NCBI RefSeq assembly: GCF_019635465.1
Contig: NZ_JAHBZK010000016.1
Span: forward strand, 14,500-78,499
DNA length: 64,000 bases
Direction: 5' to 3'
Origin: Hydrogenophaga sp.
GTDB lineage: Bacteria; Pseudomonadota; Gammaproteobacteria; Burkholderiales; Burkholderiaceae_C
Positions 38,503 to 49,275 of this stretch are shown one piece after another. How positions within the stretch are numbered: position 1 is the first letter of the stretch; each line of letters begins with the position of its first letter. The notes beneath the pieces are model-generated. The model saw only the letters and a program-made list of their open reading frames with translations, did not search any database and was not told the origin of the DNA. The translations under genes were made by a program, and so were the position numbers.

Positions 38503-39900
38503 TTGATACGCCAGACCCTCAACGCCGCCAGCCAGCTTGGCCGCCAGACCGCTGATTCGATCGCCCGCCACCCGCGCCGCCTGATGGGTGGCCTCGGCGT
38601 GTTGCTGCTGGGCACCGGCGTCACCGCCTTCGGCATCGCCCCCCTGGCACCCGACGCCGCCAAGCTGCCGGTGCACGAAGTGGTTGAGGCACTGCCCGCC
38701 AGTGCCCAACCCACGCTGATCCCTGCGCCCATGACGGCCGGCGACCTTGCCCAGGGCAACCCGCTGCTGGCCGACGCCCAACCCTGGACGCTGTACCGCA
38801 GCGACGTCACCCGCCGTGACGACACGCCCCAGACCCTGCTGCAACGCCTGGGCGTCAACGACGCCGAAGCGCAGACCTTCCTGGGCCGCGACAGCGTGGC
38901 CCGCCAACTGCTGGCCAGCCGCTTCACCCGCCTGGTGCACGCCGAGGCTTCGCCCACGCAGACCCTGCAACGCCTGACTGCGCGCTGGCCCGATGGTGGC
39001 AACGACCGCGGCTTTGTGCGCCTCGTGGTTGAGCGCGGCCCCGACGGGCTGAGCTCGCGCCTCGAAAAGGGCGAACTCGAAGCGTCGTCGCGCCTGGCCG
39101 GCGGCGAAATCCAGAGCTCGCTGTTTGCCGCCACCGACGCCAGCAACATCCCCGATGGCGTTGCGGTGCAACTGGCCGAAATCTTTTCCTCAGACATCGA
39201 TTTCCGACGCGACCTGCGCAAGGGCGATCGCTTCAACATCGTCTACGAAACCCTCACCGCCGACGGTGAGCCGCTGCGCACCGGCCGCGTGCTGGCCGCC
39301 CAGTTCATCAACGCCGGGCGCAAGCACGAGGCCATGTGGTTCGAGGCCGCCGGCCTCAAGGGCGGCTACTACGGCTTCGACGGCGAGAGCAAGCGTCGCT
39401 ACTACCTGTCATCTCCGCTGGAGTTTTCGCGCGTGAGCAGCGGCTACGGCATGCGATTCCACCCGGTGCTTGGCCGCCAGCGCGCCCACCTGGGTGTGGA
39501 CTTCGCCGCACCCACCGGCACGCCGGTGCGCACCGTGGGCGACGGGGTCATCGAGTTCGCCGGTGTGCAGCGCGGCTATGGCAACGTCATCATCGTGCGC
39601 CACCGCAACGAGCAAAAGACGGTCTATGCCCACCTGAGCCGCATCGGTGTGCGCACCGGGCAGCGCGTGGATCAAGGCGATTTCATCGGCAACGTGGGCA
39701 CCACCGGCATGTCCACCGGCCCGCACCTGCACTTCGAGTTCCGCGACCATGGCCAGCACCAGAACCCGCTGACCATCGCCCGCCAGTCCGAAGCGCTCAA
39801 GCTGCCCGCCAACCTGCGCAGCGCCTTCGCTGAAGTGGCCCAGGCACAGCGCCTCAAGCTCGACGCTGCCGCCACAGTTGAGCAGGCCAGCGCCGACTGA
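38503..39900 (+). CDS. M23 family metallopeptidase (MepM-like)
   Basis: HLGVDFAAPTGTP, YAHLS, STGPHLHFE; N-terminal membrane anchor. Confidence 0.92.
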   Translation: MIRQTLNAASQLGRQTADSIARHPRRLMGGLGVLLLGTGVTAFGIAPLAPDAAKLPVHEVVEALPASAQPTLIPAPMTAGDLAQGNPLLADAQPWTLYRSDVTRRDDTPQTLLQRLGVNDAEAQTFLGRDSVARQLLASRFTRLVHAEASPTQTLQRLTARWPDGGNDRGFVRLVVERGPDGLSSRLEKGELEASSRLAGGEIQSSLFAATDASNIPDGVAVQLAEIFSSDIDFRRDLRKGDRFNIVYETLTADGEPLRTGRVLAAQFINAGRKHEAMWFEAAGLKGGYYGFDGESKRRYYLSSPLEFSRVSSGYGMRFHPVLGRQRAHLGVDFAAPTGTPVRTVGDGVIEFAGVQRGYGNVIIVRHRNEQKTVYAHLSRIGVRTGQRVDQGDFIGNVGTTGMSTGPHLHFEFRDHGQHQNPLTIARQSEALKLPANLRSAFAEVAQAQRLKLDAAATVEQASAD

Positions 39901-39928
39901 GCGCCGCTGCGGCACAACGCCGGCCAGT

Positions 39929-39956
39929 AAAAAAGGGAGCCAAGGCTCCCTTTTTT
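39929..39956. terminator. Bidirectional intrinsic terminator
   Basis: AAAAAAGGGAGCC-AA-GGCTCCCTTTTTT hairpin between the convergent M23 peptidase and erpA genes. Confidence 0.9.
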
Positions 39957-39982
39957 GTTGTGCCCAGACAGTCGGGCGGCGA

Positions 39983-40351
39983 TCAGACGCTGAAGCTCGA
40001 CCCGCACCCGCAGGTGGTGGTGGCGTTCGGGTTCTTGATCACGAACTGGGCACCCTGGAGGTCTTCCTTGTAGTCGATCTCGGCGCCCACCAGGTACTGG
40101 TAGCTCATGGCGTCGATGAGCAGGGTGACACCGTTCTTGGACATGGAGGTGTCGTCTTCATTGACCACCTCGTCGAAGGTGAAGCCGTACTGGAACCCGG
40201 AGCAGCCACCGCCCTGCACGAACACGCGCAGCTTGAGATCGGGATTGCCTTCTTCGGCCACCAGCTCGGCCACCTTGGCGGCGGCACTGTCGGTGAACAC
40301 CAGCGGCGCCGGGAATTCTTCGGTTTGAACGGTTTCGGCCACGGCAGACAT
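39983..40351 (-). CDS. erpA: Iron-sulfur cluster insertion protein ErpA
   Basis: [31 protein letters not shown]. Confidence 0.95.
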   Translation of the reverse strand: MSAVAETVQTEEFPAPLVFTDSAAAKVAELVAEEGNPDLKLRVFVQGGGCSGFQYGFTFDEVVNEDDTSMSKNGVTLLIDAMSYQYLVGAEIDYKEDLQGAQFVIKNPNATTTCGCGSSFSV

Positions 40352-40431
40352 GGGCAATCCTCTCGGTGCGCAGCGGCGCCATCGCCCCTGCAAAGGCCGC
40401 AATGGTACGGCAGAGGTGCGCGAGCGCCGAA

Positions 40432-40833
40432 TCAGCGATCGTTTGCCGCCAATTTGAGTGGGGGCATTTCACCCGCCGCGTCGGCCGCCACCGGGCGCAT
40501 CTGGCCGGAGATGCGCGCACCCTGGTGCATTTCGATCGAGCGGTAGGACACGTCGCCTTCGATCTGCGCCTTGGGCTGCAATTCGAGCAGCTCGCGCGCC
40601 AGCACTGGCCCCTTGACCCGACCGTCAATGATGACGTGGTCGGCTTCGATCGAACCCGTGACCGACGCAACCTCGCTGACGATCAGGATGCTGGCGTCAC
40701 CAGCAACGGCGCGGATGTTGCCGGCCACCTCGCCATCGATGCGCAGGCCTTCGCTGAACATCAGATCGCCCTGAATCCGGGTCCCCTGCGCGATCAGGCT
40801 TTTGATCGGGGGTTGCTTGGTTTTGCCGAACAT
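40432..40833 (-). CDS. Bactofilin (polymer-forming cytoskeletal protein)
   Basis: [33 protein letters not shown] beta-helix repeats. Confidence 0.9.
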   Translation of the reverse strand: MFGKTKQPPIKSLIAQGTRIQGDLMFSEGLRIDGEVAGNIRAVAGDASILIVSEVASVTGSIEADHVIIDGRVKGPVLARELLELQPKAQIEGDVSYRSIEMHQGARISGQMRPVAADAAGEMPPLKLAANDR

Positions 40834-40858
40834 GGCGATCTCCTGTGGTGTCGAGTCG

Positions 40859-41566
40859 TCACAACTCGAGGGTCTGAACCGAGCGCACCGAAGCACCTTG
40901 AAGCACCTTGGCCGTCACGGACTTGACCTCGACCTGGGCAGGCAAATCGATGACGCCCTCCTGCCGCAGGTAACCCTTGACGACCACCGATTGCGGGTTG
41001 GGCGACTGCCTGGACGACCAGGGCTTGCCCGCCAAAGTACCGGTAAACGTGATTTCCAGCACGCCGCGGAATTCTGGCGCGCGACGGGCGGCCTGGATCA
41101 TCAGAACCTGCCAACGCCACTGTGTGGCCGACAGACGTTCCGCCTGGAGCCCCCGAATGGCCAGGCTGTCGCCCCCGCTGGCCGGAATGAGTCGCTCGAA
41201 AAAGCCCAGGTCGTTGCGCAGCGACTGGTTGTCGGCTTCCAGCTGACGGATCTGCACGCGCAACTGTTCGGCCATGGCGCGCTCGGTGGTGAGCTGGCTT
41301 GCCGCCGTCACGTTGACGGCGCGGGCATCGGCCAACTCCGCCCGCAGCGCGGCGCTGTCATGGCGCAACTGTTGAAGCTCCTCGCGGGCATTGCGATCCA
41401 GGCCGGCGATGTCGCGCCCGAATTCAAAGGCCCAGAGTGCCAGCGCCCCCGAAAAACCCAGCATGAGGGCCAGCACCAGCCAGCGCAGTGGCCACGGCAG
41501 AGCGCTGCGCACCGCCATTCGCGGTGCCCCGCCTTTCCATCGCCTACGCACCAAGCGCCAACGCAT
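40859..41566 (-). CDS. DUF6776-like membrane-anchored coiled-coil protein
   Basis: N-terminal transmembrane segment, coiled coil, DLGFFE motif; upstream of bactofilin. Confidence 0.75.
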   Translation of the reverse strand: MRWRLVRRRWKGGAPRMAVRSALPWPLRWLVLALMLGFSGALALWAFEFGRDIAGLDRNAREELQQLRHDSAALRAELADARAVNVTAASQLTTERAMAEQLRVQIRQLEADNQSLRNDLGFFERLIPASGGDSLAIRGLQAERLSATQWRWQVLMIQAARRAPEFRGVLEITFTGTLAGKPWSSRQSPNPQSVVVKGYLRQEGVIDLPAQVEVKSVTAKVLQGASVRSVQTLEL

Positions 41567-41673
41567 GCAACCCTTTCATTCAAAGTGCAAGCAAAAGAAA
41601 GCGACCCCCAGAAAGCAGAAACCGCCCCAAGCAAGCTTGCAGGCGGTTTCCACAGGTCGCTGTAGGCAGGCGA

Positions 41674-42066
41674 TCAGCGCTTGCTGAACTGCTTGCGACG
41701 GCGCGCAGAGCGCAGACCGACCTTCTTACGTTCAACCTCGCGGGCGTCGCGGGTCACGAACCCGGCTTGCGACAGCGCGGGCTTGAGGGTCGCATCGTAG
41801 TCGATCAGGGCGCGGGTGATGCCGTGGCGCACGGCGCCAGCCTGACCCGATTCACCGCCACCGTGCACGTTGACCTGGATGTCGAAGGTCTCGACGTTGT
41901 CGGTCAGCACGAGCGGCTGCTTGGCGATCATGATCGAGGTCTCGCGGCCAAAGAACTGCTGGATGTCCTTGCCGTTGACCGTGATCTTGCCGCTGCCCTT
42001 CTTGAGGAACACGCGGGCGACGCTGGATTTGCGACGGCCGGTGCCGTTGTTCCATTCACCAATCAT
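41674..42066 (-). CDS. rpsI: 30S ribosomal protein S9
   Basis: [27 protein letters not shown]. Confidence 0.98.
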   Translation of the reverse strand: MIGEWNNGTGRRKSSVARVFLKKGSGKITVNGKDIQQFFGRETSIMIAKQPLVLTDNVETFDIQVNVHGGGESGQAGAVRHGITRALIDYDATLKPALSQAGFVTRDAREVERKKVGLRSARRRKQFSKR

Positions 42067-42077
42067 TCAGGGCTCCT

Positions 42078-42509
42078 TCAGATGTCCAGCGTTTGCGGCT
42101 GCTGGGCGGTGTGGGGATGCTCGGCGCCGCCATAGACCTTGAGCTTCTTGATCATGGCGTAGCCCAGCGGGCCCTTGGGCAGCATGCCCTTGACGGCCTT
42201 CTCGAGCGCGCGGCCGGGGTGCTTGGCCTGCATGTCGCGGAAGTTGGTGGCGTAGATGCCGCCCGGGAAGCCCGAGTGACGGTAGTAGATCTTGTCGGTG
42301 GACTTGGTGCCCGTCACGCGCAGCTTGGCTGCGTTGATGATGACGATGTAGTCGCCCGTGTCGACGTGAGGCGTGTAAATGGCCTTGTGCTTGCCGCGCA
42401 GTCGGAGAGCCACTTCACTGGCAACTCGTCCGAGGACCTTGTCGGTCGCGTCAATCACAAACCACTCGCGCTTCACGTCAGCGGGTTTGGCGCTGAACGT
42501 TTTGGTCAT
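42078..42509 (-). CDS. rplM: 50S ribosomal protein L13
   Basis: [32 protein letters not shown]. Confidence 0.98.
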   Translation of the reverse strand: MTKTFSAKPADVKREWFVIDATDKVLGRVASEVALRLRGKHKAIYTPHVDTGDYIVIINAAKLRVTGTKSTDKIYYRHSGFPGGIYATNFRDMQAKHPGRALEKAVKGMLPKGPLGYAMIKKLKVYGGAEHPHTAQQPQTLDI

Positions 42510-42694
42510 GAGTTTCTCTTTACGAGGGGTTTGGCGGCCCTTTTCCACGGTCGGCGGTTCTCTGACGGAACCCTCTTAGGTGGTGTTTCAGCCAATGACT
42601 GAACTTCGCCGCGGGGCCAGCTGAAGCGCTGCGAAGCCCGCCATTATACGAATTCCCGGGCCTTGCGCCTATTCCGGCGTACCATCGCCGCCCC

Positions 42695-43609
42695 ATGTTC
42701 TCTTACCGCCACGCTTTTCACGCCGGCAACCACGGTGACGTCCTCAAGCACATGGTGCTGATCGCCACCCTGCGCCACCTCATGCTCAAGCCGGGCACCC
42801 TGACGATGGTGGATACCCACGCCGGGGCCGGACTGTACCGCCTGGACAGCGATTTCACCGACAAGGGGGGCGAGGCCACCCATGGCGTGGTGCGTCTGTT
42901 CGAGGTGCTGCGGCCAGCCGCCGGGCAGGCGCCCGAGTCGACCCCGGTGCTCGACGATTACCTGGACCTGGTGGCGGGCTTCAACCCGGACGGCGCCCTG
43001 CGCGTGTACCCGGGCTCGCCCTTTGTCATGCAGCACCTGATGCGCCATGACGCGCGCGACCGGCTCAAGCTGTTCGAGCTGCACCCCACCGACGGCAAGT
43101 CGCTCAGCAGCAACGTCGCGCAGCTGGAAGCCGGACGCAGCGTGGTGGTGGTGCGCCAGGATGGGTTTGAAGGCCTCAAACCCTTGCTGCCGCCCCCTGC
43201 CGATGCGCAGGGCTCGCGGCGCGCCCTGGTTTTGATGGACCCCAGCTACGAACTGAAAAGCGATTACGGCAAAGTGAGCGCCTGCATACAGGACGCCGTC
43301 AAGCGCTTTGCCACGGGTACCTATGTGGTCTGGTATCCGGTGATTCCCCGTACCGAGGCTCACGACTTGCCACGCAAGTTGCGCGGTCTGGCGCAACGCG
43401 CCGGGCGCGGCTGGCTCAACGCCACGCTGGCCATCGGCCACCCTCCCCTGGCACCCAACGAGCGCCCCGGACTCACGGCCAGCGGCATGTTCGTGATCAA
43501 CCCGCCCCACACCCTGGCCGAGGGCTTGAAGGCCAGCCTGCCCAGACTGGTGGACATCCTCGGGCGCGGCCGCGGGCAAGGCCACACCTTGGAGCACGGC
43601 AGCGCCTGA
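42695..43609 (+). CDS. rlmJ: 23S rRNA m6A2030 methyltransferase
   Basis: MFSYRHAFHAGNHGDVLKH, DTHAGAG, YPGSP, DPSYE, INPP. Confidence 0.95.
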   Translation: MFSYRHAFHAGNHGDVLKHMVLIATLRHLMLKPGTLTMVDTHAGAGLYRLDSDFTDKGGEATHGVVRLFEVLRPAAGQAPESTPVLDDYLDLVAGFNPDGALRVYPGSPFVMQHLMRHDARDRLKLFELHPTDGKSLSSNVAQLEAGRSVVVVRQDGFEGLKPLLPPPADAQGSRRALVLMDPSYELKSDYGKVSACIQDAVKRFATGTYVVWYPVIPRTEAHDLPRKLRGLAQRAGRGWLNATLAIGHPPLAPNERPGLTASGMFVINPPHTLAEGLKASLPRLVDILGRGRGQGHTLEHGSA

Positions 43610-43623
43610 GGCGCCGGACCAGG

Positions 43624-44205
43624 TCAGGGGCGCGCCAGCACCAGGGTCCACAAATAGGGTTGGCCGTCGCCTTCGCGTTTCACGCAGGCCAGACCTACGT
43701 CGGTCACGTTGGCCTTCATGAGGTTCTGGCAATGGCCGGTGCTGGCCAGCCAGGCGGCCAGCGCCGCGTTCAGGCTGGACTGGCCGGAGGCCAGGTTTTC
43801 CGCCACCACAGTCCAAGCGTACCCACTGGCCGTGACCCGGGTCCCCACCGACGAGCCATCGCTACCGGTGTGGTCGAAGAACCTGTTGATTGCCATGTCG
43901 GTGCCGTGGCGTTCGGCGGCCTGCGCCAACCGCGCGTCCCATGCCACTGTTGGCACGGCGGGATACTGCACGCCGCCACAGCTTTGCGCTGATGTGCGAA
44001 GCAAGTTAACGGCGGGCGCGGTCGCCGCGCTGAGGTCGCCCACCCGGCAGGCGACGGTCTTGACCTGCGAGGCCGGGGCCGTGCCTGCAGCATCAGCGCC
44101 ACCGCCCCCACCACCGCAGGCGGACAGCGCAGCAGAAAGCTGCGCTACGAAGATGGTCAGGAAGGCAAGGCGCCAGCGTGGAGAAGACGGCTTGAGTGAG
44201 GGCAT
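43624..44205 (-). CDS. CAP/SCP-domain lipoprotein
   Basis: Lipobox LSAC, HGTDM..FDHTGSDGS, AENLA, WLASTGHCQNLM. Confidence 0.88.
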   Translation of the reverse strand: MPSLKPSSPRWRLAFLTIFVAQLSAALSACGGGGGGADAAGTAPASQVKTVACRVGDLSAATAPAVNLLRTSAQSCGGVQYPAVPTVAWDARLAQAAERHGTDMAINRFFDHTGSDGSSVGTRVTASGYAWTVVAENLASGQSSLNAALAAWLASTGHCQNLMKANVTDVGLACVKREGDGQPYLWTLVLARP

Positions 44206-44254
44206 GGGGCCTGTGTGCCGGAACGGCCCACCGGGTTCCCGATCAACGGAATCC

Positions 44255-44282
44255 AATTAGCCGACCGATCGGTCGGCTAATT
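44255..44282. promoter_or_regulatory. Perfect 28-bp palindrome, probable PaaR (TetR-type) operator
   Basis: AATTAGCCGACCGATCGGTCGGCTAATT immediately upstream of paaA, next to a -10-like TAGACT. Confidence 0.75.
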
Positions 44283-44324
44283 TGCTAGACTGCGCGCCTC
44301 ACCCCCGACGGCGAGGAGACGCGC

Positions 44325-45341
44325 ATGTACACACAATCCTTCAACGTGCCCGACGGCGGGCAGGCCGCGCCCGGCCCACAGGCCGTGCCCAACGAGGCCG
44401 ACGCCGCACTGCAGGCGCATTTCGACGCCGCCATCGACGCCGACGGCAAGATCGAGCCGCGCGACTGGATGCCCGAGGCGTATCGCAAGACGCTGGTGCG
44501 CCAGATCAGCCAGCACGCCCACAGCGAGATCGTCGGCATGCTGCCCGAGGGCAACTGGATCAGCCGCGCCCCGAGCCTCAAGCGCAAGGCCATCCTGCTG
44601 GCCAAGGTGCAGGACGAAGGCGGCCACGGCTTGTACCTCTACAGCGCGGCCGAAACGCTCGGCACCAGCCGCGACCAGATGGTCGAGGCGTTGCACAGCG
44701 GCAAGGCCAAGTACAGCTCGATCTTCAACTACCCCACCCTGAACTGGGCCGACGTCGGCGTGATCGGCTGGCTGGTCGATGGCGCGGCGATCATGAACCA
44801 GATTCCGCTGTGCCGCTGCAGCTACGGGCCGTATGCGCGCGCCATGATCCGCGTCTGCAAGGAAGAGAGCTTTCACCAGCGCCAAGGCTACGAAGCGCTG
44901 CTGACCATGATGCAGGGCACCGACGAACAAAAGGCCATGGTGCAGGACGCGGTGAACCGCTGGTGGTGGAAGTGCCTGGCCATGTTCGGCCCGCCCGACG
45001 ACAACAGCCCCAACAGCGTGCAAGGCATGCGCTGGGGCATCAAGCGCATCAGCAACGACGCGCTGCGCCAGAAGTTCGTCGATGCCACCGTGCCGCAGGC
45101 CGAGGTACTGGGCGTGACACTGCCCGACCCCGAGCTCAAATGGAACGAGGCCAAAGGCGGCCACGACTTTGGCGCCATCGACTGGGACGAGTTCTGGCAG
45201 GTGGTCAACGGCAACGGCCCCTGCAACAAGGAGCGCCTGGCCACCCGCGTCAAGGCCTGGGAAGACGGCGCCTGGGTGCGCGAAGCCGCGCTGGCCCACG
45301 CCCGCAAGCAACAACAACGCGACATGAAGGAGGCCGCATGA
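44325..45341 (+). CDS. paaA: Phenylacetyl-CoA epoxidase subunit A
   Basis: [35 protein letters not shown]. Confidence 0.96.
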   Translation: MYTQSFNVPDGGQAAPGPQAVPNEADAALQAHFDAAIDADGKIEPRDWMPEAYRKTLVRQISQHAHSEIVGMLPEGNWISRAPSLKRKAILLAKVQDEGGHGLYLYSAAETLGTSRDQMVEALHSGKAKYSSIFNYPTLNWADVGVIGWLVDGAAIMNQIPLCRCSYGPYARAMIRVCKEESFHQRQGYEALLTMMQGTDEQKAMVQDAVNRWWWKCLAMFGPPDDNSPNSVQGMRWGIKRISNDALRQKFVDATVPQAEVLGVTLPDPELKWNEAKGGHDFGAIDWDEFWQVVNGNGPCNKERLATRVKAWEDGAWVREAALAHARKQQQRDMKEAA

Positions 45342-45634
45342 ACGCGCCCGCATTGAAGGAATGGCCGCTGTGGGAAGTTTTCGTGCGCAGCAAGCAGGGC
45401 CTGGAGCACAAGCACTGCGGCAGCCTGCACGCCAGCGACGCCCAGCACGCGCTGCAGATGGCGCGCGACGTGTACACCCGCCGCCAGGAAGGCGTGAGCA
45501 TCTGGGTCGTGCCCTCGGCCAGCATCACCGCCAGCGAGCCCGACAGCAAGGACGCCTTCTTCGACCCGGCGGCCGACAAGATCTACCGCCACCCGACCTT
45601 CTACGAGATCCCCGACAAAGTGGGGCACATGTGA
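45338..45634 (+). CDS. paaB: Phenylacetyl-CoA epoxidase subunit B
   Basis: [41 protein letters not shown]. Confidence 0.96.
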   Translation: MNAPALKEWPLWEVFVRSKQGLEHKHCGSLHASDAQHALQMARDVYTRRQEGVSIWVVPSASITASEPDSKDAFFDPAADKIYRHPTFYEIPDKVGHM

Positions 45635-45683
45635 TCGGCCGTTTTGCGTTGGGCGTCTGGCGTTCAGCGCGAGGGAACACACC

Positions 45684-46562
45684 ATGAATTCGCCCAACGC
45701 TCAACGCCCAACCCACAACGGGGCGCCAACGGCGCCCATAGGCTACCTGCTGCACCTGGCCGACAACGCGCTGGTGTTCGGGCAGCGCAACGCCGAATGG
45801 TGCGGCCACGGGCCGGTACTGGAGGAAGACCTCGCGCTGGCCAACCACGCGCTCGATCACATGGGGCAGGCCCGCCTGCTGTACCAGCACGCCGCCACCT
45901 GCATCAACGCCGACCCTGCACTGACAAAGGCCTTCGACCACCTGCAGGGTGCGCGCGGCGATGGGCAGGTCAGCGAGGACACGCTGGCCTACTTCCGCAG
46001 CGCGCACGAATTCCACAACTACACCTTGCTGGAGTTGCCGCACCACGGCCCGCTGGCCGGCCCGGCGCGCGCCGACCGCGACTACGCCACCACCATCGTG
46101 CGCAACTTTCTCTACGCCGCGCTAATGAACCTGTGGTGGACGCGCCTGCAGGACAGCGCCGACACGCAGCTTGCCGGCATCGCCGCCAAGTCGCTCAAGG
46201 AAGTGCGCTACCACCTGCGCCACGCGGGCGACTGGCTGGTGCGCTTTGGCGACGGCACCGCCGAGAGCCACGCGCGCGCGCAGGCCGCCCTGCATCACCT
46301 GATGCCCTACACGCAGGAGTTCTGGACCGGCAGCGACGCCGAAGCCGCGGCGGTGGCCAACGGCACCGGCGTGGCGCTGAGCGAGCTCAAGCCGGCCTGG
46401 GACGCGCTGGTCGACGAAGCGCTGGCCGAAGCCACACTGCAGCGCCCCAAGGACAGCGGCTATGTGAGCCAGGGCAAGCGCGGCGTCCACTCCGAGCACA
46501 TGGGCTTTCTGCTGGCCGAGATGCAAAGCCTGGCGCGCGAGCACCCCACCGCCACCTGGTGA
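45684..46562 (+). CDS. paaC: Phenylacetyl-CoA epoxidase subunit C
   Basis: GQRNAEWCGHGPVLEED, KEVRYH, HSEHMGFLLAEMQ. Confidence 0.95.
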   Translation: MNSPNAQRPTHNGAPTAPIGYLLHLADNALVFGQRNAEWCGHGPVLEEDLALANHALDHMGQARLLYQHAATCINADPALTKAFDHLQGARGDGQVSEDTLAYFRSAHEFHNYTLLELPHHGPLAGPARADRDYATTIVRNFLYAALMNLWWTRLQDSADTQLAGIAAKSLKEVRYHLRHAGDWLVRFGDGTAESHARAQAALHHLMPYTQEFWTGSDAEAAAVANGTGVALSELKPAWDALVDEALAEATLQRPKDSGYVSQGKRGVHSEHMGFLLAEMQSLAREHPTATW

Positions 46563-46567
46563 GCACC

Positions 46568-47083
46568 ATGCGGGCCAGCGCCGCCAACCTCGATACCGTG
46601 CGCGCTGCCATCGCGCACCTGGCCGACCCCGAGATTCCCGTGGTCAGCCTGAGCGAGCTCGGCATCCTGCGCGAGGTGCGCGCGGGTGACGACGGTGTGC
46701 CCGAGGTGGTCATCACGCCCACCTACAGCGGCTGCCCCGCCATGGGGCAGATCGAGGACGACATTCGCGCGGCCCTGCGCGAGGCCGGCATCGACGCGCG
46801 CGTGTGCACCCAGCTCTCGCCCGCCTGGACCACCGACTGGATGAGCGCCGACGCGCGCGAGAAACTGCGCACCTACGGCATTGCGCCACCGAACGGGCGC
46901 GCCGCGCACGGGCACGACAAGGTCATCAGCTTCGCGCGCCGCGCCGCCACCCAACCCGTGCCCTGCCCGCGCTGTGGCTCGACCCACACCACCGAGACAT
47001 CGCCCTTCGGATCGACCGCCTGCAAGGCGCTCTACCGTTGCCTCGACTGCCTCGAACCCTTCGACCTTTTCAAGCCCTATTGA
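46568..47083 (+). CDS. paaD: Phenylacetyl-CoA epoxidase subunit D
   Basis: DPEIPVVS, TPTYSGCPA, CPRCGS, STACKALYRC..C.EPFD.FK. Confidence 0.95.
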   Translation: MRASAANLDTVRAAIAHLADPEIPVVSLSELGILREVRAGDDGVPEVVITPTYSGCPAMGQIEDDIRAALREAGIDARVCTQLSPAWTTDWMSADAREKLRTYGIAPPNGRAAHGHDKVISFARRAATQPVPCPRCGSTHTTETSPFGSTACKALYRCLDCLEPFDLFKPY

Positions 47084-47085
47084 CC

Positions 47086-48192
47086 ATGAGCACCACGCCC
47101 CGCGGATTCGTCGACCTGCCCATCGCGCGCGTCAGCCCCGAGGCCGCCGGCTCGGTCGCCATCACCCTGTCCGTGCCGGACGCGCAGCGCAGCGCCTTCG
47201 CCTTCGAGCCCGGGCAGTTCCTTACCGTGCGCGCGCGCATCGACGGGCAGGACGTGCGGCGCAGCTACTCGATCAGCAGCCCGCGCAGCCTGTACACGAA
47301 AAAAGGCGAGCTCACGCTGGGCATCCGTCCGGTCGAAGGCGGCGTGTTCAGCAACTGGGCCGCCACCCAGCTCAAGGCCGGTGACCACCTGCTGGCCATG
47401 CCGCCCGACGGGCGATTCACCGTGCACCGCCCGCGCGCGCTGCACCGCGTGGGCTTTGCCGCGGGCTCGGGTATCACGCCCATCCTGTCGATCATGACCA
47501 GCACGCTGGAGGAGTCACCCACCGCAAAGTTCACCCTGGTCTACGGCAACCGCCGCATGGCAAGCGTGATGTTCAACGAAGCCCTGCAGGACCTGAAGGA
47601 CCGCTACCGCGACCGCCTCACGCTCATCCACGTGCTTTCGCGCCAGGCGCAGGAGGTGCCGCTGCTCGAAGGCCGCATCGACGGCGACAAGGTGCGCGCC
47701 ATCATCGGCGCCCTGCTGCCGGTGGGCAGCATGGACGAGGTCTTCGTCTGCGGGCCCGAAGCGATGATCGAAGCCACCGAACAGGCGCTGCTGGGCGCGG
47801 GCGTCAAACCCGAACGCATCCATTGCGAACGCTTCAGCTCGCCGACACTGGACGCCATGCCCAGCGCACAGCGCGCAACGGTGCAGCTCGGCCACACCGA
47901 ACGCCAGCAAGGTGAGGTCGCCCTCACGGTGGTGCTGGACGGCAAGCCGCACGAGTTGCGCATGGGCCGCGACCAGCACGTGCTCGACGTGGCGCTCGAA
48001 GCCGGCCTGGACCTGCCGTGGTCGTGCCGCGGCGGCGTGTGCTGCACCTGCCGCGCCAAGGTGATGCAGGGCAGCGCCCAGATGGACAAGAACTTCACGC
48101 TGGAGCCCTGGGAAATGGAGCAGGGCTTTGTGCTGAGCTGCCAGGCCCGGCCCACCAGCGACCGCATTGTCGTCAGCTACGACGAGCGCTGA
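47086..48192 (+). CDS. paaE: Phenylacetyl-CoA epoxidase reductase subunit
   Basis: PGQFLT, RRSYSI, AGSGITP, CGP, C-terminal 2Fe-2S motif CRGGVCCTC...LSCQ. Confidence 0.94.
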   Translation: MSTTPRGFVDLPIARVSPEAAGSVAITLSVPDAQRSAFAFEPGQFLTVRARIDGQDVRRSYSISSPRSLYTKKGELTLGIRPVEGGVFSNWAATQLKAGDHLLAMPPDGRFTVHRPRALHRVGFAAGSGITPILSIMTSTLEESPTAKFTLVYGNRRMASVMFNEALQDLKDRYRDRLTLIHVLSRQAQEVPLLEGRIDGDKVRAIIGALLPVGSMDEVFVCGPEAMIEATEQALLGAGVKPERIHCERFSSPTLDAMPSAQRATVQLGHTERQQGEVALTVVLDGKPHELRMGRDQHVLDVALEAGLDLPWSCRGGVCCTCRAKVMQGSAQMDKNFTLEPWEMEQGFVLSCQARPTSDRIVVSYDER

Positions 48193-48294
48193 GGGGTGCG
48201 TCAGGATTTGAACGATCCGTAAACGCAGACGTACATCCCCTTGCCTGGCAGGACGACGCCGGCTAGGGGGCAAATCTCCCAGGCAGACAGAACC

Positions 48295-49161
48295 TCAAAT
48301 CTCCCGACAGATGTGTTGCCGCAGATGGTCCACCACCGCACGGACGCGATGGGCTTTTCTGACATCGCGCTGCATCACGAGATAGACCGGACGAGAAACA
48401 GGTGCTTCGTGGGTCTCGACGACCACAAGCTCGCCGCAGCTCTCAGCCAGGAAGTTGGGCAGCAGCGCCAGCCCGAGCCCGGCGGCCGCAGCCTTGAGTG
48501 CGACGCGAGGGCTGTTGGTCTGCAAGGCTATCTCGCGACCGGCGGCCAGACGGATCAACGCGTCATTGAGAAAAGGCTGATGCAGGTCCGAATAACCGAC
48601 AAATCTGCGCTTGTGCCACACCTCGCCTGACCAGCCAGCAAGGCCATAGAGCCCATAGCTCACCGAACAGACCCGCTGGCTCACAAGCTCGGCGCCCTCG
48701 ACCTTGACCATGCGCAGCGCAATGTCGGCCTCGCCGCGAGACAGGTTGGCGCGGTCGGTGGCACCGAACAATCGCAATTCGATCTGCGGGTGGTCCGCCG
48801 CAAACCCGGCCAGGGCTGGAATCACCACGTCGCTCAGCAGATCGGGCGGCGCGGTCAGGGTCACGCTGCCGGCCTCCTTGCCCATGTCCTGCGCGCTGCG
48901 CACCACACCCAGCACCTGACCTTCGATCTGCAGGACACGCTCACGCAAGGCATTGCCTTCTTCGGTCAGTACCCAACCTCTCACAAGGCGGTTGAACAAC
49001 CGCAACTTCAGGGTTTCTTCCAGTCGGCCAATGCGCCTGACGATGGTGGAGTGCTCGACCTTGGCGAACCGGGCGGCGCCCGCGATGGAGCCTTCACGCG
49101 CCACGAGTGCGAAGTGTTTCAGGTCATCCCAGACCAATTCCGATGCTGGCAATTTCTGCAC
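48295..49161 (-). CDS. LysR-family transcriptional regulator
   Basis: WDDLKHF..VAREGS..GAAR..VEHSTI.RRI..LE, EADIALR; divergent from the azoreductase; GTG start inferred. Confidence 0.9.
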   Translation of the reverse strand: MQKLPASELVWDDLKHFALVAREGSIAGAARFAKVEHSTIVRRIGRLEETLKLRLFNRLVRGWVLTEEGNALRERVLQIEGQVLGVVRSAQDMGKEAGSVTLTAPPDLLSDVVIPALAGFAADHPQIELRLFGATDRANLSRGEADIALRMVKVEGAELVSQRVCSVSYGLYGLAGWSGEVWHKRRFVGYSDLHQPFLNDALIRLAAGREIALQTNSPRVALKAAAAGLGLALLPNFLAESCGELVVVETHEAPVSRPVYLVMQRDVRKAHRVRAVVDHLRQHICREI

Positions 49162-49275
49162 CCTCAGTTTGCGAATTTGAAGAATTGACCATGTCGAACA
49201 CCCCACCAAGAATGCCGCACTGCAGCAAGCTGCACGATCAACAACCGATCAACTTTTTTCAGAACCGCACACAAC

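Noticed and set aside
42510-42650. Long rplM leader as a possible autoregulatory RNA
   Set aside because: Plausible, but I cannot identify a defined structure or family by eye.
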